This document shows, piece by piece, positions 9,211 through 17,969 of a stretch of DNA of 64,000 nt; position 1 is the first letter of the stretch; each line of letters opens with the position of its first letter. The notes below the pieces were generated by a model that worked only from the letters and a program-made list of their open reading frames with translations, was not told the DNA's origin and ran no database searches. A program made the translations under genes and the position numbers. The DNA lies in the NCBI GenBank assembly GCA_964612105.1, contig CAZTEU010000001.1:4047-68046 (forward strand), read 5' to 3'. Source of the stretch: an uncultured Gammaproteobacteria bacterium (lineage in GTDB: Bacteria > Patescibacteriota > Patescibacteriia > Magasanikbacterales > UBA922).

Positions 9211-10581
9211 ATGAAAAAAATATTAATCATTATAGCTGTTCTGTTGTTTACCCCATCCGCTGCTTTTGCATACAACACTGTTACTGCAGACGATAGCCTA
9301 ATGTCATTCTCTTTATCAGATACTGGAAATACATATACCTTAGGGCTGAATTCAAGAATAGACTCTTTCACTGTGAATAGTGGATCAATAGAACTTACTG
9401 CTGCAGCAAATTCAATGTTTGTTATTACATCCTCGGATAGGAATGATTTTTCCATAGGAGGAAGTAATTGTACTTTACAACAGAGAACCTGTTCTTCATC
9501 TGAATCATCAATTACTGTAGACTGTTTAGCTGATGTAGCAAGTCATACAATTACTATTACACCTTCTGGAACATGTTCTTCAGATGATGACGTAAATTTA
9601 CAAACAGCAGGCGGTGGAGGTTCTTCAGGTGGCGGTGGAGGTGGAGGAGGTTCTTCCTCAGGCTCTTCGGAGTCTTCAGATGAGCCGGCAGCACAGTCAG
9701 TTTCATTCAAGATAGGTTCACCGGTGATATTGAATTTAGCGCCTGGAGTTAGTCACAAAGCGACAGTATCATCCGCAACTGATTCAGAAGTGTCTCTAAC
9801 AATAGAATCAGATCCTATAGATTTGACCCTAGCAAAGAATGAGAGCAAGGATTTGGACACAGACAGTGATGGAAAAAATGATCTTAGGGTACTATATCAA
9901 GGTCTTGACAATGGTAAACCAAAACTTGTGTTTACAGTAATTGCTGTTGATAAGGATGGAGATGCAAAGCCGGTTCTTATCAAGAAGAAAGTGGATGGTT
10001 GTGCTCTAGACAAGGAAACAGCTTACAAGCACAGTAAATCAAGATCTGTTTACTACGTTACCAAGGACTGTACAAAAAGAGCGTTTAAGAATCCAAAAAT
10101 ATTCTTTACCTACTTTGATTCTTGGGGTGATGTAAAGGTGGCTGATAAAACAACACTTGAGGGTATTTCGGATGATGAGTTAGACTTCATGCCATGGGGA
10201 CCAAAATTTGATCCTCAGTACGGAGCACTTGTAAAGGTTACATCAGATCCAAAGGTTTACCTATTACTTGGTACAACAAGGTATTGGATAACTTCAGAAG
10301 ATGTATTTAACACACTAAAATACTCATGGAATTGGATTGAAGACATTGCTGACTCCCTTCTTGCTAAATACACAGAAGGAAGCGAGATAACAGATACAAC
10401 AAAGCATCCAGATCACACTTTGGTCAAGTATAAGAATGATCCAAAGACATATAAGCTTGAGGATGGAAAGAAAAGACATATTAAGGATGAGAAGGCTTTC
10501 GTGAAGCTTAAATACAGATGGGATCGCATTGTGACAATAGATGATAGTGAAACATATCCAGATGGAGAGCAGTTAGAATAG
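9211..10581 (+). CDS. Secreted protein with a Gly/Ser linker and three C-terminal roughly 50-aa repeats (the same repeat family as in 46650..48899)
   Basis: Signal peptide. GGGGSSGGGGGGGGSSSGSS linker. Repeats of the form PK(V/T)Y..G..R..I.....F..LKY.W..I..I. Confidence 0.55.
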   Translation: MKKILIIIAVLLFTPSAAFAYNTVTADDSLMSFSLSDTGNTYTLGLNSRIDSFTVNSGSIELTAAANSMFVITSSDRNDFSIGGSNCTLQQRTCSSSESSITVDCLADVASHTITITPSGTCSSDDDVNLQTAGGGGSSGGGGGGGGSSSGSSESSDEPAAQSVSFKIGSPVILNLAPGVSHKATVSSATDSEVSLTIESDPIDLTLAKNESKDLDTDSDGKNDLRVLYQGLDNGKPKLVFTVIAVDKDGDAKPVLIKKKVDGCALDKETAYKHSKSRSVYYVTKDCTKRAFKNPKIFFTYFDSWGDVKVADKTTLEGISDDELDFMPWGPKFDPQYGALVKVTSDPKVYLLLGTTRYWITSEDVFNTLKYSWNWIEDIADSLLAKYTEGSEITDTTKHPDHTLVKYKNDPKTYKLEDGKKRHIKDEKAFVKLKYRWDRIVTIDDSETYPDGEQLE

Positions 10582-10591
10582 TACAGACATT

Positions 10592-10622
10592 AAAAAGCCC
10601 CGAGAAATCGGGGCTTTTTTAA
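10592..10622. terminator. Bidirectional intrinsic terminator between convergent genes
   Basis: AAAAAGCCCCGAgaaaTCGGGGCTTTTTT. Confidence 0.6.
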
Positions 10623-10630
10623 TTGTATAT

Positions 10631-11074
10631 TTATGATATACCCTCTATTTTGAATTTCCTACTTTCTTTGTCAGAGTATTCGATGTGTATACGTATTACA
10701 TTTCTATTTGTTAACAGGCTACTTGGTACTTTTTCTGGCCACTCAATCAAGGTGATAGTATTCAATTTCCCAATATAATCTTCTATACCAACGTCAATTA
10801 ACTCTTTCTCTTCCTTTAATCTATATGTATCTATGTGTACTAGCCTCTCAACGCCCTTATTTTGGCCTGTAAGCTCGTATAACTGCATAATAGCAAACGT
10901 AGGACTTGTAATGTTTTCCTCAACCCCCAGAGCCTTTGCGAGCCCTTTAACAAAGGTTGTTTTTCCAGCTCCAAGTTCTCCATAAAGTAGAACAATATCA
11001 CCACCGTTTAGCTTATTTGCTACATCAGATGCAATTTCTGTCGTTGACTTTATAGAATTAGAAGTAATTTCCAT
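10631..11074 (-). CDS. tsaE: tRNA t6A biosynthesis ATPase TsaE (YjeE)
   Basis: GELGAGKTTFVKG P-loop; about 147 aa. Confidence 0.8.
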   Translation of the reverse strand: MEITSNSIKSTTEIASDVANKLNGGDIVLLYGELGAGKTTFVKGLAKALGVEENITSPTFAIMQLYELTGQNKGVERLVHIDTYRLKEEKELIDVGIEDYIGKLNTITLIEWPEKVPSSLLTNRNVIRIHIEYSDKESRKFKIEGIS

Positions 11075-11076
11075 AA

Positions 11077-12348
11077 TTAGTTAGGAAGAGGAAAGCTTTT
11101 GCTCATATCCTTTACTTCTTGATGTATTACTTCCAATTCCGAATCATTGTCTATATTATTTAATGCTCGGTCGATAAGACCTGCAATTACACGCATCTCA
11201 TCCTCTTTCATACCACGAGTTGTTAATGCAGGTGTTCCCATGCGTATCCCAGATGGGTCGAATGGTTTACGAGGATCAAAAGGAACAGTATTCTTATTTA
11301 CAGTAATTCCAGCTTTACCAAGCGCTTTTTCTCCCTGTTGTCCGGAAATGTTCTTGTTGTTTAGGTCTATAAGAAGAAGATGATTATCTGTTCCACCTGT
11401 CACAAGTTCGTAGCCTTTTTGTACAAGCTCTTGCTCCAGTGTTTTTGCATTTTTAATAATCTGACTTGCATATTCTTTAAACCCTGGTTGCATTGCTTCC
11501 TTTAGTGCAACAGCGATTGCAGCGGTCTGATGATTGTGTGGTCCACCTTGTAATCCAGGGATGATTGCCCTGTCAATTAGACTTGGGATATTTTCCTTTG
11601 TCTTTTCTACCTTTTTTAGAGGTGTTGATGGGTTTCCATTTGACATAATAAGGGCACCACGAGGACCACGTAGTGTTTTATGTGTAGTTGTAGTTATAAC
11701 ATCTGCAATTCCAGCAGGAGATGGATGAACACCTCCAACAATTAGTCCTGCGATGTGACTTATATCTGCAAGTAGATAAGCACCTACCTCATCTGCAATT
11801 TCCTTATACACTTCCCATTCGTAGATTCTAGGGTATGCTGTAGCACCTACAACAATAAGTTTTGGTTTATGCTCTTGTGCAAGCTTACGCATACCATCCA
11901 CATCAATATAGCCATCCTTACGTGCTGTGTATTGTACGCTTTTATAAACTGTTCCAGAAAAATTCACCTTCAATCCGTGGGTCATATGTCCACCATGGTA
12001 TAACTTTAGGCCCATAACTGTATCTCCTGGCTCCATGAGAGCATAATAAACAGCCATATTAGCAGGTGAACCAGAGTAAGCCTGCACATTAGCGTGTGTC
12101 ACACCAAAAAGCTCTTTTGCACGGTCACGTGCAAGATTTTCTACAACATCTACATTTTCGCATCCCCCATAATACCGTATTCCAGGGTATCCTTCTGAAT
12201 ATTTGTCTGTCAGTCTAGACCCTAGTGCTTCTAGAACAGCACCAGATGTGTGGTTTTCTGATGGTATCATCTCCAAGCCCTCAGCTTGTCGCAAGGCCTC
12301 TTTCTCTATTAGGTTGTAGATATCTGGATCTGATTGTTTTAGATTCAT
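11077..12348 (-). CDS. glyA: Serine hydroxymethyltransferase
   Basis: Full-length SHMT with the TTTTHKTLRGPRG PLP-lysine region. Confidence 0.95.
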   Translation of the reverse strand: MNLKQSDPDIYNLIEKEALRQAEGLEMIPSENHTSGAVLEALGSRLTDKYSEGYPGIRYYGGCENVDVVENLARDRAKELFGVTHANVQAYSGSPANMAVYYALMEPGDTVMGLKLYHGGHMTHGLKVNFSGTVYKSVQYTARKDGYIDVDGMRKLAQEHKPKLIVVGATAYPRIYEWEVYKEIADEVGAYLLADISHIAGLIVGGVHPSPAGIADVITTTTHKTLRGPRGALIMSNGNPSTPLKKVEKTKENIPSLIDRAIIPGLQGGPHNHQTAAIAVALKEAMQPGFKEYASQIIKNAKTLEQELVQKGYELVTGGTDNHLLLIDLNNKNISGQQGEKALGKAGITVNKNTVPFDPRKPFDPSGIRMGTPALTTRGMKEDEMRVIAGLIDRALNNIDNDSELEVIHQEVKDMSKSFPLPN

Positions 12349-12433
12349 AAAATATTAACTTTATTTGATGTATTTTAGTTGTGGTATAAATAGGATAGCA
12401 AAGTATTTGTGCTACATCAACAGTGAGTGGAAA

Positions 12434-14161
12434 TTACATCTCTTTTATTACATAAGTGCCCATTTTTTTGTAGCCAAATTTCTTATAATAATCACGTACT
12501 CCAACCCCGGATATTACAGCAAGTTTATTATATTCATTTTCCTTTGTAATCTTTTCTGCAGCCTCTATAAGCTTCTTCCCAAGCCCTTTATGTTGTGAAG
12601 CTAACTCACTACGATCTCCAACTCTTACTAAAGTTCCATAAACATGGAGTTCCCTAATAAATGCAACACCCTTAATTTCTGGAATTAGGTCAAATAGTTC
12701 TTGTGAGTATGTGCTGTCCGGTATTCTAAGCCTTAGAAAGCCATAAACAGCCCTGCGGTTCTTGTCCTCAAAACTAAGGAAATATTCCTCACCTCCATCT
12801 GTTTCATATCTATCCACAAATAGAACCGGTTCACTAGTAATGTCTATATTTTTTTCCTGTCTTCCAATTTCCCTACAACGCAGACAAAGACAGCGTTTTC
12901 CATCTCTTTCTAACTCTTTAGATAGTTCCTCACGTAAGTTTGTGATTGAGTTTCCAGCATAGATTTCATTTGTTGGTATATCACGTATTAAACGAGATAT
13001 TCTACAGTATCTTGGAGTTAGTAATTTCATTTCTATAAGAGCCTTAAATAGCTCCTTCTCATCGTATGGTTTATATTTTCCATCTTTCCACCATTGGTAT
13101 AATTCTGCTGATTCCAGCACAGTGTTAGGGTATATCTTAATCATATCCGGCTTTAATCCTGGGTCTTCGAAGATGGTTTTATACATCTCGATATCATGTT
13201 TTGGTGTACTTCCTGGAAGATCTGGCATAAAGTGTAAATCAACCTTAAAACCAGCATTACGCAGTAAGCGCATTGCTCTTTTAAACTCCCGTACTGTATG
13301 TCCTCGTTTTACTAATTTTAATATTTCATCATCTGGAGCTTGTAAGCCTAATTCTATTCTAGTACACCCCTGCTGACGCATGTGGTAAATTGTTTTTGGA
13401 GAGATGGAATCTGGACGTGTTTCTAAAGTAATTCCAATTATTCTGTATCTAGCAGTTTCATTTTTTGTCTGCTCCTTTTCAACAATTTCTTTAAGCTCTT
13501 CTAAAGATTTATTAACAAAATCTTCTTCACAACTTTCTCCAATTGGTATTTCTTGAGATAAATCATTGCACGCTTTAAATGATTCATATATAAACCAGTA
13601 TTGATATTTTATTGGATATGCATTCCACGTTCCACCTTTAACTATAAATTCAATCTTATCTGCCTCATGACCATTCCTTTCTAACATCTTAATTCTCCTT
13701 TGCATCTGTTGATATGGAGAAAAATCAAGCCCTAGAGCTCTTGCTGCTGCAGGCTCGCTTGCAAGATAACTTTTTGGCATCCTTGCCTCTGTGGGGCAGT
13801 AAACACACTGACCCGGACAGTCATATGGTTTTACTAGGGAAGTAATAATAGATACTCCAGATAGACTTCTAATTGATGATTTTTTAAGAAAACTCTCAAA
13901 CAGCTCATTCTTTACTATCCTTTTCTTTTTGAGTAAACTCTGGTAGGCTGAAATAAACTCACGATTAGCCGGGCGTTGCATCTTTCTCTTACCGCAAGAA
14001 CGTCTCGCTACACTATTAAAATCATTACGAGTCTTCGGATTCGTTTCTATAACCTCTAGAAGTATATCTTCTAAGGTTTCTAAATTTGTTGTGTTTTCAA
14101 ACATGGATAAAGATAATGTAAAACAACTTATACAAATGAATCGCACCACATACAATGACAT
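12434..14161 (-). CDS. Elp3-like radical SAM plus GNAT acetyltransferase (tRNA wobble-uridine modification family)
   Basis: CPGQCVYCP radical-SAM cysteine triad, then a C-terminal GNAT domain. Length 575 aa, typical of Elp3. Confidence 0.8.
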   Translation of the reverse strand: MSLYVVRFICISCFTLSLSMFENTTNLETLEDILLEVIETNPKTRNDFNSVARRSCGKRKMQRPANREFISAYQSLLKKKRIVKNELFESFLKKSSIRSLSGVSIITSLVKPYDCPGQCVYCPTEARMPKSYLASEPAAARALGLDFSPYQQMQRRIKMLERNGHEADKIEFIVKGGTWNAYPIKYQYWFIYESFKACNDLSQEIPIGESCEEDFVNKSLEELKEIVEKEQTKNETARYRIIGITLETRPDSISPKTIYHMRQQGCTRIELGLQAPDDEILKLVKRGHTVREFKRAMRLLRNAGFKVDLHFMPDLPGSTPKHDIEMYKTIFEDPGLKPDMIKIYPNTVLESAELYQWWKDGKYKPYDEKELFKALIEMKLLTPRYCRISRLIRDIPTNEIYAGNSITNLREELSKELERDGKRCLCLRCREIGRQEKNIDITSEPVLFVDRYETDGGEEYFLSFEDKNRRAVYGFLRLRIPDSTYSQELFDLIPEIKGVAFIRELHVYGTLVRVGDRSELASQHKGLGKKLIEAAEKITKENEYNKLAVISGVGVRDYYKKFGYKKMGTYVIKEM

Positions 14162-14801
14162 TGCGGATCAGTTTTCTGGTACACGTGATTATCTGTGGGA
14201 TGATTTGCAGGAATTGAGTAAGTTCATTGTACCAAACTCGCGTGTTTTAGACATAGGGTGTGGTAACGGGAGATTATACCAGCTTGCTGAGAAAAATCAA
14301 GCTAAGTTTGTTGGTGTTGATCAAAGTGAAAAACTGATTGAGTTTGCAATAGAAAAGTTCCCAAAAGCCGAATTTGTGGTATCAGAAATGAATTTTCTAC
14401 CATTTAAAGATAATTCTTTTGATTTAATACTTGCTATTGCTTCACTTCATCATATTCCTTCAGAAGAAATGAGACAAAAAGCACTTGAGGAAATGAAGCG
14501 TGTTATAACAAAAAAAGGTACAATAATACTCTTAAATTGGAATATGTTCGGGGATTGGGTACAGAACAAAGTGCAGAAAGGGGACTATAATGAGTTTGAA
14601 CCTGGAGAGTTTATAGTTCCATGGAGAGATGGATCCAAGAAAAACTATGGAGATAGGTATTACCATGGATTTACTCCGGAAGAAATAGAAAAACTTTGCA
14701 AAAAAGTAGGACTTACTATACAAGAGCAATATTTCACAAAAAGAGGGGAGAGGTCTGAGGGTAGAGATGGCGATAATATAATTTCTATTGTCCAGAAATA
14801 A
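14091..14801 (+). CDS. Class I SAM-dependent methyltransferase; the true start is probably an internal Met about 14136
   Basis: VLDIGCGNGRL motif I. The annotated 5' end overlaps the divergent Elp3-like gene by 70 nt. Confidence 0.75.
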   Translation: MFSNMDKDNVKQLIQMNRTTYNDIADQFSGTRDYLWDDLQELSKFIVPNSRVLDIGCGNGRLYQLAEKNQAKFVGVDQSEKLIEFAIEKFPKAEFVVSEMNFLPFKDNSFDLILAIASLHHIPSEEMRQKALEEMKRVITKKGTIILLNWNMFGDWVQNKVQKGDYNEFEPGEFIVPWRDGSKKNYGDRYYHGFTPEEIEKLCKKVGLTIQEQYFTKRGERSEGRDGDNIISIVQK

Positions 14802-15666
14802 CACACGCAACAGGACCATTGCACTTCCAACCGCTCTTAGTAGCCTTCATTATTCCAGCAATCCCAAGAGCACTGTTAGTAGAAATAGAAAGTTTTGTTG
14901 TTTCTCTTACAAGTTTTTGGGCTTTTCTTATTTCTTCATCATTTATTACCCAACCAGCACCACTGGTATTTTTTATTAGTCCAACAAGTGAGCTTTTCCT
15001 GTGTGCAACATTGTCTACAATTGCACCAGCAAGAGATTTGTCTGTTTTTTCAAAATTATTATCAAACTCTTCAGCAATAGGGTGACTTGCTGTGGTTTGT
15101 GCAATATGAATTTGAATTGGTTTTTCTAGGTCTACAAATGTCTTTGCAATTGCTTCAGCAGAAGTTCCTGATGATGTGGGAATAAATACAGCACATAGGT
15201 TAGGTATTTTTACTAACTCTTGTGCAAGTGGAATATATCCCTCTAAAGCAATATTATCAGTAGATTGTCGTAAAGACTTTGCAGAACCATCTTTATCTAT
15301 CTGAAACGCCATTTGTTTGGGCTTCTCGACCTGCTCTATAGTTATAGCATCTGTCTCTTTGGATTCTTTTAACTTCATCAACTTCCTATCCTCAATTTTA
15401 TTACCAACAAAAACCCTGAGTGTAATTCTCTTGTCTGGATTGTTTTTATTATGCTGTTCTGTTGCCATTATTCCAGCTAATCCAGCATTTCCAGACGAGG
15501 AAATAACAAAGTCACGTATACCCCCTTTAACATAATTCTTAATCATGAATGGTATAGATCTACCTTTGTGAGATTTAAACTTATGCAGGTCTTCTCTCTT
15601 GAGATATATTTCTGATAGCCCAAGTGCTTTTGCAAGTTGTGGATATGATTGTTGTGGGGTTTTCAT
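14785..15666 (-). CDS. PLP-dependent fold-type II enzyme (threonine synthase / cysteine synthase-like)
   Basis: YLKREDLHKFKSHKGRS resembles the LNPTGSFKDRG lysine motif. A Gly-rich loop SSSGNAGLAG is present. Confidence 0.55.
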   Translation of the reverse strand: MKTPQQSYPQLAKALGLSEIYLKREDLHKFKSHKGRSIPFMIKNYVKGGIRDFVISSSGNAGLAGIMATEQHNKNNPDKRITLRVFVGNKIEDRKLMKLKESKETDAITIEQVEKPKQMAFQIDKDGSAKSLRQSTDNIALEGYIPLAQELVKIPNLCAVFIPTSSGTSAEAIAKTFVDLEKPIQIHIAQTTASHPIAEEFDNNFEKTDKSLAGAIVDNVAHRKSSLVGLIKNTSGAGWVINDEEIRKAQKLVRETTKLSISTNSALGIAGIMKATKSGWKCNGPVACVISGQ

Positions 15667-15709
15667 AGGTAGTTGAAAGTTTTCTCATCTTAGTATACAC
15701 TGTATCTGT

Positions 15710-15874
15710 ATGAAACTTATTTGTCCAGAATGCAAAAATGATGTTGACCTATCACAGCACCCAGATTTAAAGGCAGAACAAGTAATTGAATGTCAGATGT
15801 GCGGAATAACCCTAGGTGTTACAAACATTAATGGAGATAATGTAGAGGTCGAAATCGTAGACGAGGGAAAATAA
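15710..15874 (+). CDS. 54-aa zinc-ribbon protein resembling the LysW/ArgW amino-group carrier protein; absent from the ORF track
   Basis: MKLICPECKNDVDLSQHPDLKAEQVIECQMCGITLGVTNINGDNVEVEIVDEGK. Shares the CPEC...CxxCG...LEV/LGV pattern and acidic tail of LysW, but ends in Lys rather than Glu. Confidence 0.4.
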   Translation: MKLICPECKNDVDLSQHPDLKAEQVIECQMCGITLGVTNINGDNVEVEIVDEGK

Positions 15875-15895
15875 TCTATACCCTCAGACTTTCCA

Positions 15896-15925
15896 TAAAA
15901 GCCGAAAACTCTTCCGGCTTTTTGT
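15896..15925. terminator. Bidirectional terminator hairpin
   Basis: AAAAGCCGaaaactcttcCGGCTTTTT. Confidence 0.5.
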
Positions 15926-15933
15926 ATTTCTTA

Positions 15934-17319
15934 TTAAGAAAGCTTATCCACAACCTGCTCAATCATATTCCTAAAGCTGTGAGAACCAAGGAAAACAACA
16001 ACATCTCCATCTTTTGTTGACTCTCTAATATATTTTACCAATTCTTCATCGCCATCAATATATTTTACATTTTTCTGAGTTTTAGAAATTATATCAGCTA
16101 GTTGCTCCCCATTCATTGGCTTATCAGAATCATTTGGGTCTACTTTTAATTTAGTAAGACGTGGGATTATTACTTCATCTGCATTTATAAATGCATCTGC
16201 ATACCCCTCTTCACTCTGAGATCTACGATTGCCTGTATTAGGCTCAAAGACAGCAACTACTCTTCCTTTATAAAGATTTTTTAAGGTTTTTAGTACTGCA
16301 GTAGCTTTGCTTGGTGAGTGTGCTATATCATCATACACATCAACAACACCTAAGCTTCTTTTCTGTAAACGACGCTTCATTCCTTTGAAAGTATTAATTG
16401 TGGATATAATATTTTCAGGTTTCATGCCAATCGTTATTGCCATTGCAAAGCACCCTGTAATATTATCTGCATTATATTCACCAATTATTGGAGATTCTAT
16501 ATTATATGTACTACCATTATTTATAATCTTAAAAGATAGTTTTTCTTTAGTCTGGACAACGTCTGTGTATTGGAAATCATTATCTTTCTCTTTTCCATAT
16601 GAAATATATGATCCAGATATTTTATCTCCAATTACAGATAGAGCTTTTTCTGAGATTACCATTACACCATCCTCATTTATTGAGTTTGCAAGTCCTATAA
16701 ATGCTTCTATGTATTTTTCTTCTGTTGGATATACATCTGCATGATCCCACACGATAGATGTAAGTAATAGATGAGAAGGGGAGTAGTGTGCAAATTTTGG
16801 ACTATTGTCCCACCTAGATGTTTTGTATTCATCTCCCTCAACAACGCTCCACTGTGAATCTTCTTGTATATTAGCTGGAGCAAGATCATTTATGCTTATT
16901 CCACCAAACATGTGATTAATCTTCTCGTTATTCTGAGTAAGAATCCATGTCATTAGAGTAGAGGTTGTAGATTTTCCATAAGTACCTGCACATACTATTG
17001 ATTTTTCTTTTATAAGAAACTCTGCAACAACCTCCGGATATGACTTGTACGGAATATTGTTTTCTTTTATATATAACAACTCTGGGTTTTTTGACCCTGC
17101 TACATTTCCTACAACTACTAAATCCGGTACACTTTCTGCTGTCATTTTTTCTGGATGCCAACCTGGATAGAAATTAATTCCAGCCTCTCTAAGATTATCC
17201 GAAACAGGAGGATAGAAACCTTTATCACTACCTGTCACTTTGTATCCCAACTTCTGGAATGCAATAGCAAGGGCACTCATTGCAACCCCGCATATTCCTA
17301 TGAAATGAATATGTTTCAT
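15934..17319 (-). CDS. Mur ligase family (MurC / Mpl-like UDP-N-acetylmuramate ligase)
   Basis: IGICGVAMSALA N-terminus, YPPVS, and the GTYGKSTTSTLM P-loop. Confidence 0.8.
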   Translation of the reverse strand: MKHIHFIGICGVAMSALAIAFQKLGYKVTGSDKGFYPPVSDNLREAGINFYPGWHPEKMTAESVPDLVVVGNVAGSKNPELLYIKENNIPYKSYPEVVAEFLIKEKSIVCAGTYGKSTTSTLMTWILTQNNEKINHMFGGISINDLAPANIQEDSQWSVVEGDEYKTSRWDNSPKFAHYSPSHLLLTSIVWDHADVYPTEEKYIEAFIGLANSINEDGVMVISEKALSVIGDKISGSYISYGKEKDNDFQYTDVVQTKEKLSFKIINNGSTYNIESPIIGEYNADNITGCFAMAITIGMKPENIISTINTFKGMKRRLQKRSLGVVDVYDDIAHSPSKATAVLKTLKNLYKGRVVAVFEPNTGNRRSQSEEGYADAFINADEVIIPRLTKLKVDPNDSDKPMNGEQLADIISKTQKNVKYIDGDEELVKYIRESTKDGDVVVFLGSHSFRNMIEQVVDKLS

Positions 17320-17963
17320 AGCTGTGCCTTTAGTTTGTCTAAATCTGTTTGCCAGTTTTCTCCATCAAACCATTCCAACCCCTTAAACTGCAATTTATAA
17401 GTATCTGTTGGTCTTTGGAATGAGCCTAAATAAATATATTCCTTACCTTTCTCCTTTGCATACTCAATTGCTTTTACCATCATGCTCATTCCAATATTTT
17501 TATTTTCATAATTGAGGTTGTAAAAAGGGTAGGAATAGTGGATTATTTTATCTGTTTCTTTTGCAATAGAATAACCTTGTGTTTTTTTGTCTGAAAAAAT
17601 AAATAGAAGATTGAAGTTATGTTCACCCTCTAGTAGTTCTTTCATTTTATTTGCGCTAAAAGTTCCCTCACCAAACTTTGTTTCGTAAAAATCTTTTCCT
17701 AGTTTTCCTATCTCCCAAGAATAATTGCTGTATGGAAGCGGGGAAATGGACATAGAAATCTCTTCTGTTTTTCTTAGCACCCTTTTATTCTCAGAAGAAA
17801 GTTCAAACTTATTCAAATCAACACGCACGCTCCTTGTTTGGTCCATTGCACCTTTGCTTTTGCGTGTAAAAACACAACCCTCGTTATATAGAGAGTTTAT
17901 ATTTTCATAAGAAAAATCAGTAATAATTTTTTCTTCATCATTGAAACGAAAGTAATCTGCCAT
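17316..17963 (-). CDS. ATE_C-domain aminoacyl-tRNA--protein transferase-like (Bpt-like)
   Basis: The C-terminal YIYLGSFQRPTDTYKLQFKGLEWFDGENW resembles the Bpt/ATE motif YVYLGYWI...NYK.RFRPLE..DG.W. The N-terminal Cys motif is absent. Confidence 0.5.
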   Translation of the reverse strand: MADYFRFNDEEKIITDFSYENINSLYNEGCVFTRKSKGAMDQTRSVRVDLNKFELSSENKRVLRKTEEISMSISPLPYSNYSWEIGKLGKDFYETKFGEGTFSANKMKELLEGEHNFNLLFIFSDKKTQGYSIAKETDKIIHYSYPFYNLNYENKNIGMSMMVKAIEYAKEKGKEYIYLGSFQRPTDTYKLQFKGLEWFDGENWQTDLDKLKAQL

Positions 17964-17969
17964 AAGAGA

